From a virus, in the IMG/VR virus record IMGVR_UViG_3300018080_000123, positions 49,607-113,606 of that record: 64,000 nucleotides of DNA; one strand, 5' to 3'. This document shows, piece after piece, positions 1-8,661 of this stretch; the first letter of the stretch is position 1; each line of letters opens with the position of its first letter. The notes under the pieces were generated by a model. It was not told the DNA's origin and searched no databases. It saw only the letters and a program-made list of their open reading frames with translations. The translations under genes were made by a program, and so were the position numbers.

Positions 1-8
1 TTTCCTCA

Positions 9-152
9 CTAACGCCTACGGCGCCTATCTGGAATAAGCTGAATCAAGAATAAAAGACACGCTGCGATTCCTACGCCCATTTTGTCTCCAAAACAATACC
101 CGATAATCAAACCGAGAACGATAATTGCGACTCCAGTTGGATTCCAATTCAT
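9..152 (-). CDS. small membrane peptide (47 aa, MNWNPTGVAIIVLGLIIG...RRRRR)
   Basis: Not in the ORF track. AGGAGG SD before the ATG, ATGA overlap with the upstream gene, two hydrophobic stretches and a basic tail. Confidence 0.45.
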   Translation of the reverse strand: MNWNPTGVAIIVLGLIIGYCFGDKMGVGIAACLLFLIQLIPDRRRRR

Positions 153-427
153 TTGTTTTCCTCCTCGTATTCAATTCTTGTACACCCAGCATTTGGCATA
201 CCGAAATCCTCCAACGGGCCAAACTCATTTTCCCCGAGCATATATCCTTCATAATACAGTTCTCCGTCATCGTCGAACATCTTGAACTTCCTACCGCGGG
301 CAGTTATATGATCGTCATCAAAAGGGCATCCATACGGTCCCGAAATTCCAACTGCGTTACAGTTAGTCTTCAGCGGAGCTTTTGAGTCCGCAATATGATC
401 CTTTGTAATAACCCAACCGTATTCCAT
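149..427 (-). CDS. hypothetical phage protein (start moved to MEYGW)
   Basis: SD AGAGGAG precedes the ATG at 427. Contains FKMFDDDGELYYEG...PLEDFGMPNAGCT. Confidence 0.6.
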   Translation of the reverse strand: MEYGWVITKDHIADSKAPLKTNCNAVGISGPYGCPFDDDHITARGRKFKMFDDDGELYYEGYMLGENEFGPLEDFGMPNAGCTRIEYEEENK

Positions 428-440
428 CTTTATCTCCTCT

Positions 441-629
441 TTACGCTGCAATTTGCTTTTCTGCAAACCGAGCTGCGTCCGCATAATTGGTAAATGTTTT
501 ATACTCGCTCTCGATATGTCGATCAACTCTCACATAAAATGTGTGCTCGTTGAGCTTAAGAATCTGGACAAAATGACCGCGGGTGTTCTCGCCTCTCCAA
601 ACCTCTGACTGGTGATAGTTGTTTTTCAT
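441..629 (-). CDS. hypothetical protein
   Basis: GAGGAGG SD, tightly packed in the operon. Confidence 0.55.
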   Translation of the reverse strand: MKNNYHQSEVWRGENTRGHFVQILKLNEHTFYVRVDRHIESEYKTFTNYADAARFAEKQIAA

Positions 630-641
630 AAATCCTCCTCA

Positions 642-998
642 CTAATCAAGCGTGATCTCATCACGCGTTTTAAGCTGAAAATCCCAACCGCTCAACACAT
701 ACGTGTCCTCTTTCTCAACATCTTCGTTCACCTTGCTCCCGACTCGGTTACCACAAAACAGCGAGGTGAAATCCGATCCAACAATCACACCAGGCATCTC
801 AACAAAAAAATCAGCCCCTGGTTTTTCCTGATAAACTGGATACCAGCCGGGCTGTACTTCAATGTTCGTGTACCACGCCGCTACCTCATAGTAGCGTGTA
901 AAGACTGTTTCCTCATTCACGTGAAACCAGCCGATGCGCTTAAACTCAACCTCGACCGAATGACCGTCCCGAATAAGCTTGCGAGTGATTTTTTCCAT
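642..998 (-). CDS. hypothetical early protein
   Basis: First gene after the promoter at 1023-1051, GGAGG SD. Confidence 0.65.
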   Translation of the reverse strand: MEKITRKLIRDGHSVEVEFKRIGWFHVNEETVFTRYYEVAAWYTNIEVQPGWYPVYQEKPGADFFVEMPGVIVGSDFTSLFCGNRVGSKVNEDVEKEDTYVLSGWDFQLKTRDEITLD

Positions 999-1022
999 TT
1001 GATGTCCTCCCCTCTTTCTTAT

Positions 1023-1051
1023 ATTATAGCTGATTTCGCAGAAAAAGGCAA
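1023..1051 (-). promoter_or_regulatory. sigma70-type early promoter
   Basis: TTGCCT-N17-TATAAT followed by ATAAG, with an extra TTGACA just upstream. Confidence 0.75.
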
Positions 1052-1062
1052 GGACTTTTTTG

Positions 1063-1266
1063 TCAAGAATGAATATTTTTTGTGCGATCCTCTAACACTG
1101 TGATTTCATTAGCTAATTCATCTCTACGTTCTTTGAGCTTAGCTTTGAATTGATCTGAGCTCTTATCTAGCTTAGCACAGCGTCTCGGTATATGATTGGG
1201 ATCATTGAAGAATTTACGAGCTCGCTCCAAAGCACTAACTCTACGTTTTTCTTGGTTTTTCTTCAT
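1063..1266 (-). CDS. hypothetical basic protein
   Basis: ORF with SD, ATGA-coupled to the upstream gene. Confidence 0.5.
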   Translation of the reverse strand: MKKNQEKRRVSALERARKFFNDPNHIPRRCAKLDKSSDQFKAKLKERRDELANEITVLEDRTKNIHS

Positions 1267-1424
1267 TTCTCATCTCCCTCCTCATAGGTAATAAGAACCT
1301 TAACTTTACCTTGAAACTCGCCAGGGATATCGGGATTATCATCCCACATCTCGCTAATATCTCTTTCCATATCATAGATATCTTCAAAACCGTAATATAT
1401 TTTCTCAAAGAGAATCTTCTTCAT
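1263..1424 (-). CDS. small acidic hypothetical protein (53 aa, MKKILFEKIYYG...)
   Basis: Not in the ORF track. Fills the gap exactly, with ATGA overlaps at both ends. Confidence 0.55.
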   Translation of the reverse strand: MKKILFEKIYYGFEDIYDMERDISEMWDDNPDIPGEFQGKVKVLITYEEGDEK

Positions 1425-1924
1425 GCTGCTTCTCTCCTCATTATCTTAAACCTGAGAAACCATGCTGACGGCGATTCCAATCGACGCTCTACTACATAAT
1501 GATGTTTGAGGATTTCCGCCATATCGCCCCAGCTTATCTTACTCTCAGCTCTTTTCTCTCCTCCATCTTTATTAACTACAGTATATTCCTTTTTAGCCGG
1601 ATCATAATCAACGATCAGAAGATAGTGACTATTATCAAGAGGATCGAGTCTATATGACAAAACAATAATCCCGCCTTCTCTAAGATGATTGTTAATATCG
1701 AGAATCCCAGGCCAATTTTTACGGGTAGTAGTCATGAGCTTAGACATGCTTCTAATGGCGCTAGTAAAATCATTCCAAGAACAACCGTTAGGATAGGTGC
1801 ATTTACAAAGTCTTTGAAAGCGTTTTAGATCTTTATAGGTATACTTAAATCCGGCCCACTTGAGCGCATTAATCAAAGCAACCGGCCCGCAACTGTAGGT
1901 GTCTTTTTGCTTAATATACCTCAT
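1421..1924 (-). CDS. C39-like (papain-fold) cysteine peptidase
   Basis: Q-x5-CG motif (QKDTYSCGPVAL) and catalytic His in SHYLLIVDYD. Confidence 0.75.
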   Translation of the reverse strand: MRYIKQKDTYSCGPVALINALKWAGFKYTYKDLKRFQRLCKCTYPNGCSWNDFTSAIRSMSKLMTTTRKNWPGILDINNHLREGGIIVLSYRLDPLDNSHYLLIVDYDPAKKEYTVVNKDGGEKRAESKISWGDMAEILKHHYVVERRLESPSAWFLRFKIMRREAA

Positions 1925-2141
1925 TATCTTTCCTCAGTTTTTCTAGTATTTTTTGTTTGGCCTTTTCATCAAATTTGGGCTTTGTACATTGATCTCTCAT
2001 GAAGAGGCGATAGCACTCCGGACTGCAAAGGTGTAATATTCCCACCTGAGTTTTAAGATGCACAAATCCTTTAGGCAATGGCTTAAAAGATGTCACCATT
2101 TTTTTACACCAATCGCATTCATACCCCTCGCCTTTAATCAT
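1911..2141 (-). CDS. small Zn-finger-like protein
   Basis: CDWC...LCSPEC pattern; start moved to MIKGEG. Confidence 0.45.
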   Translation of the reverse strand: MIKGEGYECDWCKKMVTSFKPLPKGFVHLKTQVGILHLCSPECYRLFMRDQCTKPKFDEKAKQKILEKLRKDNEVY

Positions 2142-2392
2142 TTCTTTTCCCAATCTTCCCAGTTTTGGCCTAACATCTTCATTGCCTTCTTGCAAATATC
2201 TTGACCAGCCATTTGAGTATCTCTCCAGTTACCATTCCACATGGCATCGCACATTTCAGCTATCGCACGCCAAGAATAGTTATGCTCCATATACATCCTG
2301 CGAATCCAGTTAGCTTGCCGCCTTGTCATGTCTTCGAAGTTATCGTCCCACCTAGGCATTTTATTCAGGAACCTCGACCTTTTCATTCTCAT
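2138..2392 (-). CDS. hypothetical protein, possible HTH
   Basis: WIRRMYMEHNYSWRAIAE resembles a helix-turn-helix; start uncertain. Confidence 0.4.
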   Translation of the reverse strand: MRMKRSRFLNKMPRWDDNFEDMTRRQANWIRRMYMEHNYSWRAIAEMCDAMWNGNWRDTQMAGQDICKKAMKMLGQNWEDWEKK

Positions 2393-2643
2393 TACCACCC
2401 CTCGGTCCTCCGTTCCTCGTCCTCTCTCTCCTCTGAATGCTCTTGACAGCATTTCATTGAACAATAGTGGTATTGGCGCTTCTTGCCTCGGATTACGATA
2501 GGCTTCATAATTTGTTCATAATCCAGAACTTTTCTACATTGATCGCAAATATTGCAGTATAGCTTTTCTACCATGTCCCCTACTTTCTTTATACAGCAAC
2601 TGTCTCGTCCACGCCGTCTGTTTTTATATTTTTTACGGCTCAA
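2392..2643 (-). CDS. small Cys-rich (TRASH-like) protein
   Basis: CDQC...HYCSMKC. Confidence 0.4.
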   Translation of the reverse strand: MSRKKYKNRRRGRDSCCIKKVGDMVEKLYCNICDQCRKVLDYEQIMKPIVIRGKKRQYHYCSMKCCQEHSEEREDEERRTEGW

Positions 2644-2693
2644 GGATGGTCCGCTAAATTATTTTATATGCGGAAGACCCTGACAGACGATTG

Positions 2694-2921
2694 CTATTTT
2701 TTAATTTGATTCCAATTGAGACCTTTCTTAATAACACTAACCCCGCCAGTCCTTAGACAAATCCAAGTCGTTCGTCCACATTTGTTACAGTGGTAGACTG
2801 TATTGAATTTGTCACAAACGTAATTCCAATCCGACTCCCCACAGCCGCAAACCGTCCTATAATTATCCTGTTGTTCGGCTCTCCAGCTTTTGATATGCTG
2901 TTTAATTGTTGTGTTCTTCAT
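2694..2921 (-). CDS. small Zn-ribbon protein
   Basis: CGCG...CNKC. Confidence 0.45.
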   Translation of the reverse strand: MKNTTIKQHIKSWRAEQQDNYRTVCGCGESDWNYVCDKFNTVYHCNKCGRTTWICLRTGGVSVIKKGLNWNQIKK

Positions 2922-3129
2922 CCCATCCGCCTTCTGCTATTTGGTTGTCAATAAATTTGAACAGCTTTTCGTGCCTACCTATCTTGATCATATCGAGTGG
3001 GCTAATTCCTCCGAGAAGCGGGTTTGGCGTTTCGAACCAAAGTATGCCTTTTGCGTAACCGAGCACGCGCTCCACCTTCTTGTGGTATTTATTAACGCGC
3101 CTTTGTAGCTCGTATGGATCTTCTTTCAT
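2902..3129 (-). CDS. orphan Xre/MbcA/ParS-type antitoxin C-terminal domain protein
   Basis: WFETPNPLLGGISPLDMI matches the W-x3-PN-x2-LGG-x2-P-x2-h signature of the DUF2384/MbcA toxin-binding domain. Confidence 0.65.
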   Translation of the reverse strand: MKEDPYELQRRVNKYHKKVERVLGYAKGILWFETPNPLLGGISPLDMIKIGRHEKLFKFIDNQIAEGGWDEEHNN

Positions 3130-3153
3130 GATATTATCTATAGGTGTAAACGC

Positions 3154-3735
3154 CTATTCCTCCTCATTCTCTTCTAGGTCTTCTCGAGCCTTAATATCCT
3201 CATCGCTATCCCCTTCTCTCGCATGTTCATTACAACTCACATAGAGCCATCCTTGGCCACGCAGGCTCCCATATTTACCGCATTCTTCGCACGTGTGATA
3301 TGATACTCTCTCAGCGAGACTGATAAGACTATGAATTCTACTATTACAAGCCTGAGTATAGAAGCGCAAACCCCCAAATTTCTCTTTTACCTGAGTAACT
3401 TCAAATACTCCCGAATCTGACCACATAATCCAGCGAGCAATAGGCCCAAAGTCCGTTTTCCGATAAAGCCACTTTGGCTGATGTCTAAACATCAACCTAT
3501 TCCACTTCCGAGCAAACCAACTTTTCAAAAGAGCCCGCCTGATTTTAAGCCAGGTGTGCCCACAATTTCTCTTGAGCTCGTCCTCGATAGCCAAACTGAG
3601 CATCCATAAGAGGTCAAACCAACCATCCCCACAACTGAAACCCCAACACATACAAGTCTGGCGCATGTCTTTGTAGTAGCCTCGATACAGGAGCGGAAAA
3701 CGTTTAAGTAATTTTTTCGTATTCTCCTTATTCAT
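3154..3735 (-). CDS. conserved hypothetical phage protein
   Basis: GFSCGDGW, QVKEKFGGLRFY and TCEECG motifs, which I recognise from phage hypothetical proteins. Confidence 0.65.
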   Translation of the reverse strand: MNKENTKKLLKRFPLLYRGYYKDMRQTCMCWGFSCGDGWFDLLWMLSLAIEDELKRNCGHTWLKIRRALLKSWFARKWNRLMFRHQPKWLYRKTDFGPIARWIMWSDSGVFEVTQVKEKFGGLRFYTQACNSRIHSLISLAERVSYHTCEECGKYGSLRGQGWLYVSCNEHAREGDSDEDIKAREDLEENEEE

Positions 3736-3937
3736 ATTTAACCACCTCTCTACTATTGTTCCTTTTTAATAAATCATTTACATTAAGTTCAATTCTTATT
3801 TCAGGTTTAATCTCTTGACTGGGCTCTAAGTCGATATTTCTTATCGAATGATTGGTATTCTTCTTAGTGCTCAATATTCTGTCTTGTCCATAAACCGGGC
3901 CAAACACAATCATAAATATTATAATCATCCAAATCAA
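3728..3937 (-). CDS. hypothetical protein with N-terminal hydrophobic segment
   Basis: MIWMIIIFMIVFGPVYG. Confidence 0.4.
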   Translation of the reverse strand: MIWMIIIFMIVFGPVYGQDRILSTKKNTNHSIRNIDLEPSQEIKPEIRIELNVNDLLKRNNSREVVKYE

Positions 3938-4218
3938 TCTAAATCCTCCAGAAAACGATCTAAATTCTCCTGTTCTTGTTCAGATGTAAGATCTTTGAAT
4001 CCGTGCTTTTTCCTAATCTTCTTGGCAGAAATCTTCTTAACCTTTCCTCTCTTAGGCTGCCAAGGCTCGGAGACCCTTGTTCCAGTACTATCAACAAAAA
4101 CCGGACCACATCCTTCACATAAAGCAGCCACTTTCTCTCCATCTTTGCACAGGCCGGTCAGATCCCCAAAATCTTGACCAAAAAGCTTGATTGAGCACTG
4201 TTTACAAAAATCTGCCAT
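3934..4218 (-). CDS. Cys-containing hypothetical protein
   Basis: MADFCKQCS...LCEGCG; start moved to MADF. Confidence 0.55.
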   Translation of the reverse strand: MADFCKQCSIKLFGQDFGDLTGLCKDGEKVAALCEGCGPVFVDSTGTRVSEPWQPKRGKVKKISAKKIRKKHGFKDLTSEQEQENLDRFLEDLD

Positions 4219-4219
4219 T

Positions 4220-4447
4220 TTACCTTTCAATTGGAACAATATCTTGTCTCTCTGCTATAACAATCTCTTCTAGTGCATCCATTGCCTCATTTGCCTCATC
4301 TATCTTCCCGCGCACTCTCAGCGACTGAATAGTTGTTAAATATCGCTTTCTGAGTCGATCGTGGTGTTGCATAGCCTCTGTTCTAGTGTTGAACTCCTTC
4401 TCGTCTACTCTTTCCTCGTTTGACTGCCTGACTAAAAAGTATTTCAT
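4220..4447 (-). CDS. hypothetical protein
   Basis: ORF with SD in a packed operon. Confidence 0.5.
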   Translation of the reverse strand: MKYFLVRQSNEERVDEKEFNTRTEAMQHHDRLRKRYLTTIQSLRVRGKIDEANEAMDALEEIVIAERQDIVPIER

Positions 4448-4546
4448 TTAACCCTCTTTGGCCATTTGCCTACCATACCTCCAAAAATGTATGGAGCAAA
4501 TCGCCCTAAACTAATTTCCCAATATTCACAAAAATCCCAAATTTGC

Positions 4547-5119
4547 TTAAATACCCAACGAATCATAATACTTCTTACCTGTAAAATATTCTACAATTAT
4601 GTGCACATCTCCAAGCTGAAGACCATGCAAGGGATTTGTTTTATGCAAATGATCCATGTACGGCTCCATATCGGAGTAGTCGTCTAAAATTACAAACTTT
4701 GATGGATGCCCATTCTTCTTAATCCATTCATCAATCTCTGCCCCTCTCTCATGACGAGGTTCTGATATCCTAGATGGACACAACGTAGGAGTTACCCCTT
4801 TGATTCTCTTATAATAGTCTCCTTTGAGCCAATCTTTGAACATAGTTTGAAGCTCTTTTAAGTTCTTCCAATTGCGCCAGGCACTTGAAATAACAATCAC
4901 AACATCTGGACATTTTTTAAGAATTTGAATAAGGTTGCCGAGAGCAATTGGACAGGGACGTTGGTCCCAACTAGGAGGGATCGGATAATAAAGATTTCGA
5001 TACATTACCTCACTCTGATATGAGTTCAGCACCCCATCAATATCAAGAAAAAGAACCTGGCGGTACTTTGGAATACTTGAGGTAAATTTTGTAGACTTGT
5101 TTGTATTTCTTTTTACCAT
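4547..5119 (-). CDS. HAD-superfamily phosphatase (Swiss Army Knife RNA-repair-like HAD)
   Basis: LFLDIDGVLN, IVISSAWR, RGAEIDEW and FVILDD motifs. Confidence 0.8.
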   Translation of the reverse strand: MVKRNTNKSTKFTSSIPKYRQVLFLDIDGVLNSYQSEVMYRNLYYPIPPSWDQRPCPIALGNLIQILKKCPDVVIVISSAWRNWKNLKELQTMFKDWLKGDYYKRIKGVTPTLCPSRISEPRHERGAEIDEWIKKNGHPSKFVILDDYSDMEPYMDHLHKTNPLHGLQLGDVHIIVEYFTGKKYYDSLGI

Positions 5120-5312
5120 CGTAATCTAAATCCCAATAAAATGGGTCTCCATTTTTACTCATTTCAAACTCTAAACCCCAACATGTATACATACACTCTT
5201 TTGGACCAATCATTTGAGCCGCTTTCTCATGCTCCTCAAGGGAGTCATCTAAAATATAGCAACCTCTATAATTATACTTCTTGTATAGTTTTTCCCAAAA
5301 CTCCCTACTCAC
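5043..5312 (-). CDS. hypothetical protein
   Basis: ORF coupled to the upstream gene. Confidence 0.4.
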   Translation of the reverse strand: MSREFWEKLYKKYNYRGCYILDDSLEEHEKAAQMIGPKECMYTCWGLEFEMSKNGDPFYWDLDYDGKKKYKQVYKIYLKYSKVPPGSFS

Positions 5313-5613
5313 TCCTTATCTCCTCTGCCTCTGCAACTAGCTTTTGTCTTCTTTCTTCAAGTTTTTTGACGAGTTCATTGGCCTGTCTAACATAATCTTT
5401 TGCGTCTTTGATATCAATATCGCATTGCAAAATTTGACGCATTTTTATGGCATGCTCCTTATTAACTGCTCCTGGGGTATCTTTCACCAGACATTCCTCG
5501 CATACCCAACACCTATAAACTTCCTCGCCCGTCATAAACTTATATGTTCGAAACCCACTTCTTCCTATCGTTATCTCTTCGTTACATGAGCTACAAATAA
5601 AACCCACTTCCAT
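5305..5613 (-). CDS. Zn-finger plus coiled-coil hypothetical protein
   Basis: CSSC...CEEC, GGAGG SD, preceded by TGTATAAT. Confidence 0.55.
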   Translation of the reverse strand: MEVGFICSSCNEEITIGRSGFRTYKFMTGEEVYRCWVCEECLVKDTPGAVNKEHAIKMRQILQCDIDIKDAKDYVRQANELVKKLEERRQKLVAEAEEIRSE

Positions 5614-5630
5614 TTCTATCCTCCGTACTT

Positions 5631-5638
5631 ATTATACA
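5631..5638 (-). promoter_or_regulatory. -10-only promoter motif TGTATAAT
   Basis: Recurrent motif directly upstream of an SD and start codon, no recognisable -35. Confidence 0.5.
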
Positions 5639-5676
5639 GGGAAAGGGATTAGTCTTTTTACAACTAACCCCTTCCC
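5639..5676 (-). terminator. stem-loop downstream of the major capsid gene
   Basis: GGGAAGGGGTTAGT / ACTAATCCCTTTCCC inverted repeat; U-tract is weak. Confidence 0.55.
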
Positions 5677-5708
5677 GTCTATATGAATCTGTAATTAGAT
5701 TCTAGATC

Positions 5709-7175
5709 TTATGAACGCCCAATGTTCTTCACGATACAATTCTTGCGAGGTGTATACATATGAAGAGCACCGTACATCAGCTGCATCCATCGATAGTTCG
5801 TACCAAGCAATGCAAGGTCGATCTTCATCATGGTAAGAAGCTGTTTGAACGCAAAGTTGTCCTCGTTTACCTGCATGAGGTAAGCTTTGGACAAACCAGG
5901 CATACTAGCGTTGAAGTCAATATCCAAATCACGGAAGTCACCGTCACCAGCGTGGAAGTTTGCAGGCTTCACGCGGCCGATAAACTCATGATTGCTCGAC
6001 CCAGCCTTGGGTGAGCGGAAGATATTGAAATACTGAACACCACTCGGATTCGAACCCGGGAGAATATCCAGCACGACTTTGTCGCCAGCGGCCACGGTAA
6101 CTGCCTTAGCAGCGCTTGCCAACGTTTCACCGTCGGAATACACTGCTGAACACTTATACTCGTAAGCGCCAACGTCAACAGCCGCAAACTGAGAACTACC
6201 AGAAGCCGGGCTGTTGTCGCCTGAGTTCGCATCCTGAAGGGTAGGGGCCGATTCAGCTGAAACGGCCGCAGCCAACGGAATACGACGAGGACGCTGGAAC
6301 ACGCCAGACTTAAGGTTGAAAGTACCAGAACCGGAAACGAACTGCTTCACAACGTAACCAGCTTTTCCTTCCATACCGAGCGTATTGATGCGCTCCTTGG
6401 CATAGAAAGCACGACTGAAGTCACTGTGGGCTTTCGTATCCATATACATATCCGTGCACATACCGAAATTGTTGGCCTGAACGAGGGCTGCCTCTTCGAG
6501 GATTTCCTCATCCAAAACCTCTCCACTCTGGAGATCATTTCGTTTGTCGAGGATGATGGTATCTGCGCCACTCAGCACATTGTAACCATCAAAGGCCTGA
6601 GCTTTAAACTCAGCCTGGCTCTCTTTGTCGCCAATCTGCTTATCAATACCGTCGAATTCGAGGCCATTGATTGAACTGTCGGCTGAAAAGAGGGCTCGCT
6701 CAAGCTGGGCCAGAATCCAAAGAGCACCATTCTTGATCTCTCTCTGAACGATCGGACCATGAGCTTGCCTAACCAGCATAACGTCGTGGTTAATCTGTTT
6801 CTGAACGCCCATGTACTTGATCTGCACCACGTTTCGGTCATAACCGGAATCCGCAGTTGCTGGAGCCGAGGCCATTGTGAAAAATGGAGGAATCTGGGCG
6901 CCATAACTGTTGTTCGTATTCGCTTGTTCAACCGTGTTGTATGCAGGAGTCTTCGGAATATCATTCCAAAGAAGCAGGTGCTTTTGTTCGTGGGTCACCA
7001 CTCGGAGGGTCTTATCCAAAGATTCGACCTGGAGAGCGGGAGCACCTGTAAAATCACCCGGAAGAGTATCCGAATAATTTTGGCTTGCAAAGCTGAGGGC
7101 TTTGCTGATTTCTTCAAGAAGCTGGGGAGCATCAGCTCCAAAACCAGTCAATGAAGAAGGATTGCTATTTTGCAT
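5709..7175 (-). CDS. major capsid protein, SPO1/Twort-like
   Basis: N-arm KAL...G-x2-ALQVESLD, LWNDIPKTPAYNTVEQ, GLEFDG and a beta-sandwich insertion; GC-richer codons typical of a highly expressed gene. Confidence 0.9.
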   Translation of the reverse strand: MQNSNPSSLTGFGADAPQLLEEISKALSFASQNYSDTLPGDFTGAPALQVESLDKTLRVVTHEQKHLLLWNDIPKTPAYNTVEQANTNNSYGAQIPPFFTMASAPATADSGYDRNVVQIKYMGVQKQINHDVMLVRQAHGPIVQREIKNGALWILAQLERALFSADSSINGLEFDGIDKQIGDKESQAEFKAQAFDGYNVLSGADTIILDKRNDLQSGEVLDEEILEEAALVQANNFGMCTDMYMDTKAHSDFSRAFYAKERINTLGMEGKAGYVVKQFVSGSGTFNLKSGVFQRPRRIPLAAAVSAESAPTLQDANSGDNSPASGSSQFAAVDVGAYEYKCSAVYSDGETLASAAKAVTVAAGDKVVLDILPGSNPSGVQYFNIFRSPKAGSSNHEFIGRVKPANFHAGDGDFRDLDIDFNASMPGLSKAYLMQVNEDNFAFKQLLTMMKIDLALLGTNYRWMQLMYGALHMYTPRKNCIVKNIGRS

Positions 7176-7190
7176 TGATTAATACTCCCT

Positions 7191-7820
7191 TTACTTTAAC
7201 TCTTTAATTGCCTGTTCAACAACTTCTCGATCCTTGGCATCAAGAATCTGAGACGTTGCCTCATAACCACTCAGTGAGGCGCCGGAAATCTTTCCAGCTT
7301 TCCAAAGCTCTTCCATTGTATCAAGAACCTGGGACTTAGAAATTTTCTTTGGTCCCTCATTCTCAGAAGCCGTATGAAATGACTTTTTAACTTCGTTCAC
7401 CTTGTCAACCGACTGACGACCGGTCTTAGGAGCGCGAAGGGCTTTAGTCAACTCATTAACAGCTTCTCGGAGATCTTTGATTTCCTCTTGGACGACGCTC
7501 TGAATCGACTTCTTGAATTCCTCTTCTTTCTTAGCCGACTCTTCTTTTGCCTTCTGCTCTTTTGCAGCTTTCAGCAACTGAAGATCTTCAGCTGTAATCT
7601 CGATGGATTCAGGAGTCTCTTCATCTTCTGAGCCTTCTTCTGACTTCTCAACCTGCTCATCGCCAGTCTCGTCATCAGTAGAATCGGCTTCAGCCACCTC
7701 TTCGTCCTTGAGGTACTCATCGATAAGATCATCGATGGACTTCTCAAGCTCTTCGTCAGTAACAGTTTCGCTGTCCTGCTCTTCAAGCTTGGTCTTCTCA
7801 AGATCAGACATTTTCACCAT
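7191..7820 (-). CDS. acidic scaffold-like head protein
   Basis: E/D-rich coiled coil directly upstream of the capsid gene, with many xxK|S/A sites (LEKS, VEKS, FKKS, VKKS, ISKS). Confidence 0.7.
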   Translation of the reverse strand: MVKMSDLEKTKLEEQDSETVTDEELEKSIDDLIDEYLKDEEVAEADSTDDETGDEQVEKSEEGSEDEETPESIEITAEDLQLLKAAKEQKAKEESAKKEEEFKKSIQSVVQEEIKDLREAVNELTKALRAPKTGRQSVDKVNEVKKSFHTASENEGPKKISKSQVLDTMEELWKAGKISGASLSGYEATSQILDAKDREVVEQAIKELK

Positions 7821-7827
7821 TCTCCTT

Positions 7828-8661
7828 TTATTGTTTGTTATCGGACTCAGATGTTGTATCTGAATCCCCCTGTAGAAGTTTCTTTTGCCACTTTTCCGTT
7901 GTAATCTCGATTATCGTTTGATAATCGGTTTCTGGAAACCTTTCTTTAACCTCCTTTAATATTGCTTTAAAGATTTGCTTACGTTTCTGTCTAGATATGT
8001 CATCATTTGCACTAAGTAAATCACAGCCTTTAATTTTGTTTTTGCCTTTACCGGGCCCCATCCCACGCCCACTAGAGCCCTGAACTGAACCTTTTCCATC
8101 TCTCTGGAATACTAACTTCTTCTTCCCTTCTTTAGTTGTCTCTACCTCGAACTGTCTATTCTTATCTTTCGGATCTTTGACAACAATAGCACCCTTCTTA
8201 ATCCCTTCCTTTTTAGCCTTATCTTCCATTGTCTTGAGACGAGTATAATAATCCGAAATTTCTGCTAAGTGATCTTTTGCAATTTCTTTAGCCTTGGTTT
8301 TATCCTTTGTATGCTCCATCTCAACTTTAATACCCATAGCTAACTGCTTTGGGTCAAAATCACTATCGGGCCTTCCAGCTGCCTTTCCTCCAGGGATTTT
8401 CTCAGCCTTGGCTAGATTTGATAAAAGCTTTTCGTCTTCTTTAATTACCTGCTCAACGTCCGACTTCTCTACATTTTCGCCCTTATGTTTCTGTTTGCGC
8501 TTTTTCTTCTTCTTTCTAGCAAGGCTCTCTGTTGTTGTTACCACAGCCCCACTCATGTCTCCTGGCAACGTATTGGCATAACTAGGACCGCCCGCACCAA
8601 TAGTGAGCGCTTTTTTAAATACTCTAAGGAGCTGTTCTAGTTTTGTCTTTTCAATTTTCAT
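7828..8661 (-). CDS. modular basic head protein with capsid N-arm mimic and DUF5661-like module
   Basis: KALTIGAG...TLPGDMSGA...ESL and QLAMGIKVEMEHT...EIAKDHLAE..DYYTRL. Confidence 0.65.
   Translation of the reverse strand: MKIEKTKLEQLLRVFKKALTIGAGGPSYANTLPGDMSGAVVTTTESLARKKKKKRKQKHKGENVEKSDVEQVIKEDEKLLSNLAKAEKIPGGKAAGRPDSDFDPKQLAMGIKVEMEHTKDKTKAKEIAKDHLAEISDYYTRLKTMEDKAKKEGIKKGAIVVKDPKDKNRQFEVETTKEGKKKLVFQRDGKGSVQGSSGRGMGPGKGKNKIKGCDLLSANDDISRQKRKQIFKAILKEVKERFPETDYQTIIEITTEKWQKKLLQGDSDTTSESDNKQ

Noticed and set aside
2645-2693. Small intergenic hairpin as a tRNA or ncRNA
   Set aside because: Too short, with no cloverleaf or T-loop consensus
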